The notes under the pieces: model-generated
What the model was told of the DNA's origin: nothing
The model's database searches: none
What the model saw: only the letters and a program-made list of their open reading frames with translations
Made by a program: the position numbers and the translations under genes
NCBI GenBank assembly: GCA_964187785.1
Contig: OZ076409.1
Coordinates: 76,572,001-76,636,000, forward strand
Source of the DNA: Amphiscolops sp. MND2022
Lineage: Eukaryota
Reading direction: 5' to 3'
DNA: 64,000 nucleotides
Shown: positions 22,922 to 35,600 of the stretch, piece after piece
Layout: each line of letters begins with the position of its first letter
Position numbering within the stretch: the stretch's first letter is position 1

Positions 22922-25900
22922 ATGGACAACTTAGACCCAAATACCTCAGAACGATCCGGGCAACAAGCCGCAAACCAGACAATAATGAATCAGACGACGG
23001 CAGACAGACTGGAGAAGAATAAATACAAAATACCGATTTTATCAGATAGAGAAACGGATCTCACCAAGATAAACCCACGAATGTGGTGGGAGCAGATTTC
23101 GAAATATATACACCTCACATACAACCGAAATCTAGAAGAATTGATGGACCAAGGCGTCGACCAAATGGGTCCGCATACGGTGTACCATATCAAAGGAGAC
23201 GTCATCTGGGCTTTAGGCCCCAAGGCCAAACATGAAATCATGAGAGGACAATGGGGCAAAGAGCTAAAAGACATTGACCTCCCAGAAATGCTGTAGCTAA
23301 TCAAGAAAACATTCATACCAGCAAGGAATGTATTTCACAGCCGGGCACAATTTTTTAATATCCAACAAGATGAAAATGAAACTTTAGACGAGTACTGGAA
23401 GAGATTAGTGGACATTGAGCGAAAATGTGAATTTAACAGCATCACACAGGAAGAAATTATTACATACAAATTTGCAGAAACAATTAATGACATAAAAGCC
23501 TGATACAAATTCATAAAAGGACGGGCTGAAACTTCAAATGGTACTCAAAACCATTGAACAAGACAATTACAACCGCAAATACGGAGACAAAAAAGCAAAC
23601 AAACGACCCCGAAAATTCAAACTGGAAAGTTCATTAAGTGAAGAACAAGTCGCCCACACACAACCAATACGGAAACAAAAAACCGCCGAAACATGGAAGA
23701 AGAAAATGCCAAACCGTAATTGTCGCTTTTGCGGTAAACCAAATTGGTCAATGGAACATATTTGTCCAGCACGGAGAGCACAGTGTAACAACTGCAAGAA
23801 GATGGGTCACTTTGCCAAAGTGTGCAAATCCAAAACCGTCAGCTGGATACAAAAAGAACCGTCAACGGACAGTGACACCGAATCATGGCCTGAAATTGAC
23901 CACATCCAATCCGTCAACGGCATAAATCGGATCGACTTCTACAAAGCGATACTATTGGTCCAAGGACAGCCAATAGAATTCATCATTGACACTGGCTCTC
24001 CGGTAACGATAATACCGCCTATAATTAATACAGCGGAATTATACAAAACCACAAAAAGTTTTGTAGATGTAAATAAAAACCCGATAAAGTTCAAAGGCGA
24101 AACCATGGTAGAAGTAAAAACGGAGAAAAGTAAAATAAAAACTTCCCATATTAATAACCGAGAACAAAAACACTCAACCCTTATTGGGACTGGACTGGGT
24201 GGACAAACTAGAAATCGGGCTACAAGGGAACACGAACACGAACATTATCAGATACATCGAAACGGATGAAAGAAGACAGAAGATCGTAAAAGAATACAAA
24301 GACCTATTCAAAAACAACCATACGATCAAAAAATTGGCAATCGACATCCAACTGAAAAAAGACACAAAGCCGATACAACAAAAAGGACGACCAGTGCCAA
24401 TACATTTTCAAAAACGAGCTGAAGAAACTAATCGAAACTGGACACCTGGAAAAAGCAAACAATACCACAGAAAACTGTTTTGTCTCACCGGCTGTCATAA
24501 CAATAAAGAAAGACAAGTCCGTGAAAAATGCTCTCGATTCAAGAAACCTGAACGAGGCATGTGTCAAAAGAAAAGCGACAATGCCAAATATGGAAGAACT
24601 GATCAGCAAAATATCAGCGGAAATCACCCGAAGCGACGGAGAAATCTGGACGTCAAAGATCGATTTGGATTACGCCTACGGACAAGCAAAATTAACCGCG
24701 GAGGCAGCCAGACATTGTGTATTTTCGATAATCGGCGGTGATTTCACCGGTCATTACCGTTTCAAGAAAGGATTCTACGGATTGTCGGATATTCCCACCG
24801 TGTTTCAGAAACACATCGACAAAGTGCCAGAATTTAAAACACCGGTTTGGCTAGATGACATCATATGTGTAACAAACGGAACGATCGATGATCACGAACG
24901 AGAAATTCGGGAAGTACTCAGAAAGCTACAAAACGCCGGTTACAGGGCAAGTGAGAGGAAAACTGAATTATTCAAACAGGAGTTAACTTGGCTGGGTTAT
25001 CACATTGATCAAAAAGGAGTGAAACCAATAAAAGATAAAACGGAAGCAATAACAAAATTGATGGCTCCAAAGAATGCTAAAGAACTAAAATCTTTCCTCG
25101 GCTCAATACAACACCTAGCGAAGTTCATCAATAACCTGTCCAAGAAGACAGACAGAATGAGGAGGCTGTTGAAGAAAGAGACCCGTTGGGAATGGACACC
25201 CGAAATTGACGAAGACTTCGAGAATTTAAAGAAAGAAATAACTGAACCCCCATGCTCGGCCCACTTCGACCCGAAGAATGAAAATTATGTGACAACAGAC
25301 ACATGCAACACGGGACTCGGAGCGACACTATGGCAGAAGGAAGGAGAAATTTTCAGACCAGTTGCATTTGCCAGCAGATTTCTCACCGATTGTGAAAGAA
25401 AATATGCTATTAACGAGTTAGAGTTGCTAGGGGCATTGAGGGGTTTAGAATACTTCAGGTATTTTGTATATGGAAAAAGGGTAAATTTGATAACTGACCA
25501 TCAAGCGCTACAGCCGTTGTTAAAACGGAACAGGGCACATAAACAATATAGCGCTAGGTTAACACGGTGGTTAGACAGATTAAGCAACTTCGATGTAAAT
25601 GTTCAATATACCGCCGGTAAAAACATCCCATTGACGGACTACTTAAGCCGACCTCCGATCGTAAACACCGATGAAAGCGCAGCGGAGAATAACTTAAACG
25701 GTCAAAACGAAGCGGAATCCGAAGAAGAGTTCGTAATAAACCAAATTTACGGCTTATTCGATTTCATTCAAACGAACGGAAGCATAAAACGATTCACAGA
25801 ACGAACAAAGCCGAGACAAAAAATTGACCAATCACAACACGGCATGCGTAAGCGTGAACAAAATAGACAAACTCATTTGCTCAAAACTTCGATACCACTG

Positions 25901-28233
25901 AACGGTGTTAACCAAATCGCATCAGTGAATTCTTCAAATAGATCAGAAAAGCCATCCAATATGGACAAAATAAACGGAATCGACATGCACTTCATATTCA
26001 AAAAAAGAGGGCACTCACCAGACACTCTCAAACTCTGGACAGAGAGAAAGAGACTACTGAAACCTGAACAAATGAGAATCGTGGGAAAAGGGACAGACAA
26101 TGAAAGACTCCAAGAATACCGACCCTCACAGCAAGTACGAAATAGAATTGTTGAAATAAATATGCAAATATACAACAGATTCTTTAGTTTCTGCGACACG
26201 CTGGGTACGACGCCGCTGAAAGAGTTCCAGCAGAACAACTACGAATCGTGGATAAAACAGTCATCCGACACTGAAAGTCAAACGAGCAATGTCAGACAAG
26301 AAAAATGTCCCACCAACGCCATCAAAAAGTTCCGGAAACACGAAACAATAAACCTAATCCGACTGAAACAAACCGTCAAGACGAACACCCTAGACAATGA
26401 ACACAACGAGCCGACAGAAGAAACCATCAAGAAGGCCGAAAAAGATTTTGCACTCGACTTGCCGATGTTAGTAGAAGAAACGGCGAGAGAGACAAAAATT
26501 CTGAATGCTATCACTGCCGTCGAAAAGAACCAGATTGATGAGATTTTTTACCCTTATTGACAACACAGACATCACATGACAACCCGATTTGGCCTACTTT
26601 TCTATAACGACAAGATCGTTATACCTGAAGCAATGAGAAGCACAATCATCGCCATGCTCCATCAAGGCCATCCATCAGCCACAAAGATGGACCAATCATC
26701 CGCAGCCTTCTGGTGGCCCGGCCTATATCGGGAGATAAAGGAGAAAGCAGAAAACTGTCCCAGCTGCAGGTCGTCAGGTAAAAATCTAACAACGCAATTA
26801 CCGTCATTGAAAAAAAACTATTTAGAAAATTTGTCTGAACCGAACCAAGAAATACAATTGGACTTTGCCGGTCCAATAAAATCAAAGACTCGCGGCGATG
26901 TATATATTTTTGTCGCAGTCAACCGTTTTAGCAAATGGCCCACCGCCAAAATTTGTGAAAATACCGACACACGGACAGTTTTAAAATTTTTAACGGAATA
27001 TTGTTCAGATAACGGAACACCACGGAGCGTACGCACCGATAACGGTAGTTGTTTTAAAAGTAACGAATTCAAAGAATTTTGTAACCAAGAAAATATAAAT
27101 CGCATTAGATGGACACCGAATCTACACACAGGTACCGGCCAAGTAGAAAGAACGATACGGAACAATTAAATCATTAACTAGAGCTAATATGGCAGACGGC
27201 CTAACATTTGAAGAAGGTGTTAAATTGGCGATTAAAACAATCAGACAAACTCCGCATAGTAAACTGAATTTGACGCCATTCCAAATGCATTACGGACGTA
27301 AGCCACGCACGGCAATAACCAATTTATTCAGCCGACCAGAATGTCTTCTCTCTAATTGGAAAAAAAACCAATTACGTTTCAGCGCAACCCACTGAGCTAC
27401 AGATGTTCACAATCAACGACTCAGAGGGAGAAATGGCAGATTATCTGATTCTTAACGATTCGAAGAAAAGAAATAGATCGGTAAGCAAGGAATTTAAACA
27501 GTATCAATTTTTCGAAAAAGAAAACAAACCAAATGCAATGAAAAGCAGATTTAAAACCAACAAAACACTGACGGCCGTGAACGAATCTAAACATACTATA
27601 ACAACGTCAGACGGAAAAATAATCCATAAAAAATTAGCGTCGAAACCGATAAAATTTCAGCTGCCGAAAACGCCGGAGGAAAAGAAGAAACCAACAAGTC
27701 GCTGTGTCAGATGCGGAAAATTTAGCCAAGGAAAGTACTGTGATACCCACAAACGAGTATACGGTACCACTGACGAACCGGGATGCAGCTACACCCTTCC
27801 AACAATGCCAGAGAGAAGATCAACTTACGGCGATGTCATAGAGGCGAACAACGGACAAGACGTATCGACGGAAGAACAGGGACCGCAAGCAAGCAACACC
27901 ACCGTCACAGGGGAAACGCAACGGTACGAAGAAGAAACCGCACTCGAGATACACACGCCGCCACCGTCTACGCCGGTACAGTGTAGCACCAGTTACGGCA
28001 CACAACCAAAACAACCGGAAGGCGAACAGCAGACGCCAATACGTGCCGCTGCAAATACCGAAGTTACTTCGAAGAAAAGGAAAACAAGCCCTAGAAGAGG
28101 TAACTTAAAAATAGTAGACAAAAAGGAACAAAAAAAACATAAAATACAAACAGAATCACCTGACCTTCGTAGATCAAGTAGAATAAAAGGCGCTAAGCGA
28201 ACCGTAAAATTAGGAGGGGTAGAATATTTCTAA
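22922..28233 (+). pseudogene. gag-pol: Element C gag-pol with stops and frameshifts
   Basis: Mag-type CRFC..HICPARRAQCNNCKKMGHFAKVC knuckles; IDTGS protease; WLDD RT; TTD/TDHQ RNase H; HQGHP..CPSC, LDFAGP, RTDNG integrase. Confidence 0.93.
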
Positions 28234-28388
28234 TTGGTTAAGTCGTTTAGAGTTCTCCAGCCAACTACAACGATTTCTGCGACAGCCCTTTCCGAAAATC
28301 AAAAAGGAAAACCCAACAACTGATGTCAAGGTCAAGTGGGAACCCACAGAAGCTCAGCAATGGCTTCCCTGAATTACAAAGGGGGGAA

Positions 28389-28596
28389 TGAGAAGTAGAC
28401 GTCACTAAAAAGATGAACTAATTAGTTCATAGTACCTGCCAGTGCCTACGATGAAGAGCCTTACATTACGAACATTAGATGAAGTTGTATTCTATGATAC
28501 AGATAGCCAACAGTTCATATGCTAACGATCGTTACTTTGTGTTGATTTGTATTACTTTTAATTCATTCTTCTTACTTTATCTTCTCCGAGTTAACA
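28389..28596 (+). repeat. Element C 3' LTR
   Basis: Follows PPT at 28378-28388; TSD follows. Confidence 0.95.
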
Positions 28597-28601
28597 GCTG
28601 C

Positions 28602-29460
28602 CATTCGATATTTCAGACCATTTCTAGAAACTTCAACAGCGGTGTTGGAGCGACGTGGACATTTATACACGATTATTTTTTCCGCGCCCACTGTGGTAAA
28701 CCAATATCTTCCCACATACTGGTACATATTCAATGGAGGACATGCATGGAGACAAATGTTCAAAAGCTTTTTGTTGTTATGGCTAACAAAAGCAGAGCGC
28801 TATATGATCAGGTATTTGCGTATCTTAAGCAACTCAATGCAAACCCTCGACTGGTTATGAGTTTGCTCTGGTTATGAGTTGACGTGGACGCGACATTCAA
28901 AACAAGAACACAATGTGAATGACAAGGAATTGCGAAAACGTGCTAGAAGCAGTTTTGAATGTCGCGTCCACGTGAAACTCGGCAGCAGTTGATAAAAGTT
29001 CAATTGCTTTTTCACCAGCAAAGATAACAGCGTAAAGATCGCCGACCACAACGCAAGTTCCGAAGATTGGATTATCTTTGAGTTCTTCCCTAAACTCAGT
29101 TGCTGATGTAACAATTCTTGACAACTCGACTTTGCAGCATTTAGACATTGTCGGTTCCACGTCAAAGACAGGAACTTGTTCGCCTCCCAGCATGATATTA
29201 GATGTGCTGTCGTAAATCATCGGAAAGTGTTCTCCGGTTGTGGATCCCTGCCGCTTCAATTCGCTTTCAAACTTTCGCACTTGAACATTAGTAGCACTTG
29301 ATTTTGGGTTTGAGTCTTAGTCAATACGTCAAATGTGATTTGCGCTCTGGCCTCCGCATTGGGCATGATAACGGACACAATTGAGATACGGGATAGTCCT
29401 TTATCCTTTTCTTTTTGGTAAATGTATTTGCCTTCCGCGACATTTGTTTGTGTACCTTTT
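28602..29460 (-). pseudogene. Mutator (MULE) DDE transposase relic, N-terminal and core part, internally rearranged
   Basis: FHVDATFKT first catalytic Asp motif; YVGRYW..CPRRSNTAVE Glu motif; FLYWCH-like GKYIYQK..C..C upstream. Confidence 0.8.
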
Positions 29461-29809
29461 TTTGTCCCTTCCTCGATTTTTGTAATTCTTCGTGCAGTAA
29501 AATCTGAAACTCAGCAGTAATTTAGGAAGTTGTGCTAATATAATTCGAACTAATTCCAAACAAATACTAGTTAGACTAATTTCATTCTATCTAATGTCGG
29601 TCATTTTTTGTTCACGCAATCCTAAAATTTTATGTCCGGAGAAGGTCTAATGTTTCGACCATAAGACCAACTGGAAGTTTTGCTCTTGTTCCGATTTGGT
29701 TCTCATTCAGTCCTATTCATTCCGCCATTTTCCGTCGGTCAAAAGCGTCGGACGTCTAACATTTTCAGAAAATTCGGAAGTTTTCATTCGAATTGTTTCC
29801 GTGTACCCA

Positions 29810-29921
29810 TATGAGGATGCTATTGGTAACGCTTTGAAATATGCAAATTCGGTTTTCGATACAGTCTTGGGCCCTTAGGCACTCAGGGCCCCACCGCTAA
29901 ATCCTGAATAACCACTACAAC

Positions 29922-29979
<58 letters not shown>

Positions 29980-30350
29980 ATGATATCTCATGTACGTTCA
30001 ACAGATTGTTCACCAACTCTGAAGTGGGAAAATTTTCCTTGCGCTTCCAAAAAGTCTTCCACCAAAATATATCTTGTTTTTGTTTCTGGTCAAACTAAAG
30101 TGCTGCTCTGTCAAATCAACTGAAGGCCAATTAAGTAGAAAATTCAACCAAGAACCCATAGAGACCGTTTTTTCCGGAGCCAAATTGAAGTTTCTTCAAG
30201 TATATTCACACAAAGATTTTTTGAAGGACGTAAGACACCCGATAGAGATGCCATTTTTGGAAATGACAAGGTTTGATAGTGTTGGAATTGATGAATAGGA
30301 ACATTGCGATGCCATAATTTAGCATTTCAATCGGTTATTTGATTGATAGA
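29810..30350. repeat. Unclassified dispersed repeat, copy 1 (copy 2 at ~49700-50165)
   Basis: Collinear similarity, e.g. CAAATTCGGTTTTCGA.ACAGTCTTGG and AAAAGTCTTCCACCAAAATA. Confidence 0.8.
29923..29979 (+). repeat. (CTG)19 microsatellite
   Basis: Perfect trinucleotide run. Confidence 0.98.
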
Positions 30351-30462
30351 TACGGAGAAAGCTTTAACCAATTCGTACTGCGTATTGAACTGACGAAATG
30401 GAAATATATACATGATTTTACATGCAAAAATGTTCATGCTGACCCTTGTCGTCATATCATAT

Positions 30463-30733
30463 TGTACTGACCTACATTAATAACCAATAGTATTTAGATG
30501 TTTATAGAATGTTCTAGAATGTACATTCATTTATTATTGAATGACTGTAAGTCTCTACTCCCTCAGAGAGAGAAAACTAATAATCAGTATTTGGTTGACT
30601 TCCCTTTTGTTCTACTTCTACCACCTCGAACTAGTTGTAATAAAGTTAGCTAGCTAGCCTGTCTCTTAGCCGCTTTTTAGTAAGTTGTGAATAACACCAC
30701 CACCACACATAACCAACCATAAAAAGCAGCACA
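30463..30733 (+). repeat. Element D 5' LTR (271 bp)
   Basis: Direct repeat of 47760-48029; contains AATAAA. Confidence 0.95.
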
Positions 30734-30970
30734 ATTGGTGCGACTTGTAAAAGTTCTTGCCTTTTTCTCCTGGATGATTTCTTTTCTCTCAACAATAATA
30801 CAAATACCACTCTCCACCTTTGAAATTCTCTGGAATTGCAGTGAAATCTTTCTAGAATTTCTTGAAAATTTAGTCTGTGACTTTCTGAATTTCATCAATA
30901 ATACATTATCGTTAGAAATACAATTTCTCCACTACAACAATCAATTCAAACATAACAAGTTTTCTTCACT

Positions 30971-31300
30971 ACCGGTTTATCACGTTTTCTAACACGTTGA
31001 CACGGTTCTTCTTTCTGCTCTTCTTGCCATACCGGTTTATCACGATTTCTAACACGTCGAAACGGTTTCATTTCAGACTGATTTATCCATTGTGACACAG
31101 TTCTGTTTCTCTTCTTTTTCTAGACTGATTTATCCAAAAGTGACACAGTTCTGTTCTCTATACTGATTTATCAGAGCTAATCCGGAAGCTTGTTGAAACA
31201 GTTCTTTGATGTTTGTCTGGCTTATCAAGGTTTTCTAACATCTTTGACACAGCAACATTTGTCTGGTTTATCAAGGTTTTCTAACACCTTTGACACAGCA
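30971..31300 (+). repeat. Array of seven degenerate stem-loop units in the element D 5' leader
   Basis: Consensus CYG-RYTTATC-N(6-22)-GA-MA-CRG at 30971, 31031, 31077, 31124, 31162, 31217, 31263. Confidence 0.85.
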
Positions 31301-32310
31301 ACTTTCTTCAATCCTGCTATCTTCAACGTCAGGTGGACTCCTGGTGTAATAGTTGACTGAGTGCATGTCCAGCTCCGCTCACCTATAAGCACATACGTCT
31401 CAAGATCAACTTCGTGTTGGCAGAAAACCTGGATTTTCTACTTTTACGTTTCGGATCCATTTTCTACAAAAAAATTCTACAAAATAGTTTTCAAAAACAG
31501 ACTCTGAATACAAAAAAGGCAACCAAGACTATCTACAAAAAGCAACCACGCCCTATTCCATTTCTTTTCCAATTGTCGACAAACAACACAAATAATTTCA
31601 AGAAACATAAACAACACAAGAAAAATAACAACACAATCTACACTTAACTTTATATCTATTACCTTCAACAGCAATGATATGATTTTAACATAATCCTACA
31701 AAACAATGATTTTAACAAAATACCACATACATTTCCCACAACTCTTTTGCCCTAAAACCTAAATAAAGGCATGTAAATAACACAGACACTGTAAAGGTAG
31801 TTTTCTACTTTCAGGCACCCACAATTCCTATCCCCTCCCGTAAGACTTAGACAATCAGATAGCTTCACCAGCTTACTCTGATTCTAAGGCTGACTAAAAA
31901 CCTTAGTTAAGTGTAAACGTCTTTGAGGAGAATCGAGAGGACACCGAACTACGTTCGAATCTTCAAAATTCTCAGGAAGTAAAAGTAAAAGTAAAAGAGA
32001 CAAAGATCAAACTTTGATCTTGATCAGTATTGATCAGACTTTGGAAAGTGGACCTTGATTGTTCAGAGCTCCACTCCCTTAGTCTTAAAACACACAACTC
32101 ACCTAAAGTTAAAACAACCTTAGCTTTTCTGGACGTGTCAGTAACATTGTGTTAGACACTTTAAAGTGATCCAGACTTAAAATCACACTTAGTTTCTGTT
32201 AGCAATCCTTTGAGGTTGAATACAGATTCTATTGCATCCGCTTCTTTCTTCTCTATCCAAAACTATTAACTTCCCAAATAACTTCTAATTCTTATTAAAT
32301 CACAAATTAT

Positions 32311-32649
32311 ATGAACTCTAACGTATACAACCAAAGAGTTCATTCTTTCAAGTTTTACATTCCACCAATTAGCTCACTTCAAAACCCTACATCAGACGAT
32401 TTTGAAAGATTAATTGAACGATATCAACAATATTTTTTCTTTATCATAAATCAACAAAGACATTACCCAAGAGCTCCAACTTAAAGGGATCTATATCAAA
32501 AATTATTTTCAACGTTTCAACCTTCATATTATAACATGTGGGAATTAGTTACCACAGTAGTGCTCATTACAACATACACGTTTTGTGTCTTATTTCTATT
32601 TAGTATTCTCTTTGAAAAAATACTTACAGTGATAAGAGATAAAATCTAA
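32311..32649 (+). pseudogene. Small pre-gag ORF (112 codons, one internal stop) with a C-terminal hydrophobic helix
   Basis: ATG at 32311, internal TAA at 32482, LVTTVVLITTYTFCVLFLFSILF segment, stop 2 nt before the next ATG. Confidence 0.45.
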
Positions 32650-32651
32650 AA

Positions 32652-35600
32652 ATGAACTCCTCAACAACAACCTTTCTACTTTTTCAAACTCCCGTCATTA
32701 AAAATGCAAAAGTTGTAAAATTAGACCTAAACCCATTCCTACAAAACATTATTTCCCATTATGCACAACCACTCCCATTTGGAAATGAACCTCATACAAT
32801 TGAAACAATACCTCTTATCAGAGAACATTTGGACACATACCTCTTCTATATTATATACAAAGTTCTAACTATCACTACAGAATACCCAGCTTTTCAAATC
32901 TCCTTTCCTCAACAAAGACCTAATTCATCTCATATATACAGAAGAACTATAAACCCAATAAACCTTCACGTTCCTATTAAACAAGTTTTTCATGCTTTTT
33001 TAAACAATGTGAAAGACCACAACCTAGCACATGAAACTCCAAAATTTAGTCCAAATGCACTCGACGAACTTGAACGATATATAAATAATTTCGACGTAGA
33101 AATTATTGAAAGATTAGTTAATCCTGAAGACAATCCTCATCATTGGTTACAAACTGATACATTACGAATACAAAATTTCCTCTACCATTATTTCAAAGAC
33201 CTAACATTAAATGACCAAACAATTCCTCAGATCAAAGTAATATCTCTATTCCTCAGAAAATACTTCAGATTCAATTTTCAACTTATAAGGTCACAACAAG
33301 ATCAACCTGCTATCATAGCATTTCCAAATCATTTTACATCTGACGAATGTTTACCATTTATCATTAGTGAACAAATCCTTATTATTAGTGAACAATTAAT
33401 GAACATCCTTATTTCCATAAACCACAACTAATTACAAAACAAACTTTAGATTACATATGTTTTGATCCTCTATTAATTACAGAAAATGATCTATTTGCAG
33501 ACAATAGACCTTATCACTATGAGCAATGTTCTCAAGTTCAACAAAACTTGAATTTTAACACTAAGAACTATTCTGAAGATGATAATACCAATAATGAAAA
33601 TACACTCCAACAACAAAATCAAAATGAAAACTATAATGATGATAATCAGATCATTGAAAACAATGCAAGTGAGTTTACTACTCAAGAATCTACAATTTCA
33701 ACAAATAATGCATCACAAGTCGGAACATCAACATCAACACACATTCCATCCTTTAGAGTTCCAACTAGAGTTGTAAATCAAAGACAAAATACACATAATC
33801 CTCAATCTCACTTAGATACATCTCCAAACTGTAATATAACTTTCAACCTTCCATACACAGACGAAACAACACACGACGAAACTCATGACACATTACATGA
33901 AGATATTCTGACCACATCTCATGCTCAGAAAACTTCTGTTAATGTTGCATATCCAACAAGAACTATTCCTTATTTTACAAGATACATTACTCGACCTAGA
34001 CATGATCCTCCATCAATTCCTTCTTCTTTCCGCTCGGATAGATCAATTTCTTCAAACAATAATTGTAATGATAATCCACAAACTTCCAATCAATATTACG
34101 ATCCATTCAATTATAACTTTTCTCCTCCATCAAATACAAATACTAAAGCAAATATCAACCAAAATCACTCTCAATTTAATACGAATTCAACAACACAAAA
34201 CCCTTTCATACAATTATCACAAACCAGTACTTCACAGAATAATGTATATTCTCAAAATCAAGGAATTTCGTATCCTTCAACTTCTTATTCTCATACCACA
34301 CAACATTCTCAAAGAAGACTTCAAAACCCTCCACTTACACATATACCAACTGATCCTTTGTATCAAATGCATCCAAGTACAAATCCAAATCCTAATCCAA
34401 ATCCAAATCCATTACCACAAAATACAACTCAACATATACCTCCTCAACTCACACAACAAGCAGCTCCTCCACTCCAATACTTACCAATACCACAAGATAC
34501 TTTTATGAACATGTCCGCTTCAATACCAGAACCTATGAAACCTTTTGATGGTTTAGACCATTCTTATACTCCAGAAGAATATCTACAACAAGTCGAAGCT
34601 AGATTAACCTTCGCCATAGGTGAAGAACCTCAGAATAATCCTATAAAGTACAAATCTTTGCATAATAGACGCATGGCTTACATACAAAGTTCTTTAACTG
34701 GAACAGCTCTCGATTGGTATACTAACCTTCATATATCATATAAACAACAATGGAACTCCTTTGTACAATTATTCAAAAAACAATTTTCATCTCAAAAAAC
34801 AGCTTACTACGCCCAAGTAGAAGCTATGTCACTCATGAAAAAAGATAATGAAACAGTACGCCACTTCGACCTTAGAGTACAACAATTAGTTAAAAAGGGA
34901 TGGTGCAATGAAAATGCAGCTACCGTAAACCTCAAAAATATTGAAATCTTTACAAAAGGATTACCCAAAAAACTGAGGATTTTGCCCATAAACGACAAGT
35001 TAAACATGAATCGACATTATTTGAACCTTCAATACCATTTCACAGACTTGTTAGACATGTCGATTCTGAAGACATTGCTGAAGAAAAAATTAGAACTAAC
35101 GACTTAGCTCTAGAAATAAACAAAGTATCGCTTGAAGATGATACAAACAAAAGAGAATTTGAACATGAAGATCATATAATGGTTACTCAATCTGGAGACC
35201 CAAATAACAAAAGCAAACCAGCGTTTAAAAAATATTGTTCTTATTGTCACAAAAATAATCATGGTATTTCAAACTGTTATCAAAAACAACGTGATGATGA
35301 ATACCAAAAATACACAAACCAAAGATCACGAACTCCTCAACAATCTTTTGTACAATATTTTCGCAGTAAACCTAATAACTCACAAGAAACTCGAAATGAC
35401 ATGACAAATACCTTACTCCTCAGATAACGATCGTAACAAATATAATCAAAATTACCATAACGATAGATACAGAAATATTGATAGACATCGTAGCAATAGT
35501 AGAGAATATTCGCAAAACAACTATAGATCAAATTCTCGACAAAGATATTACAGTCGATCTCGAAGTCCATCTAGATCTCGATTTGATAATTATTATCAAA

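Larger units (their letters stand above)
22699..28596 (+). mobile_element. Element C: full-length Mag-like Ty3/Gypsy retrotransposon (5.9 kb), disrupted
   Basis: LTRs 22699-22902 and 28389-28596 differ by 3 substitutions and one 4-bp indel; TSD GCTGC at 22694-22698 and 28597-28601; PBS TGGCGCAGTC; PPT AAAGGGGGGAA. Confidence 0.97.

Noticed and set aside
30736..30750. tRNA identity of the element D PBS
   Set aside because: Only TGGTGCG resembles a tRNA-Gly complement; too short to assign
30971..31300. CRISPR array or hammerhead ribozyme array
   Set aside because: Eukaryotic retroelement context, degenerate units and no cas genes; the hammerhead core CUGAnGA is absent (CUGAUUU) and GAAA occurs in only two units
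31336..31385. tRNA-like sequence (TGGTGTAATAGTT resembles an A box)
   Set aside because: No T-loop/B box or cloverleaf
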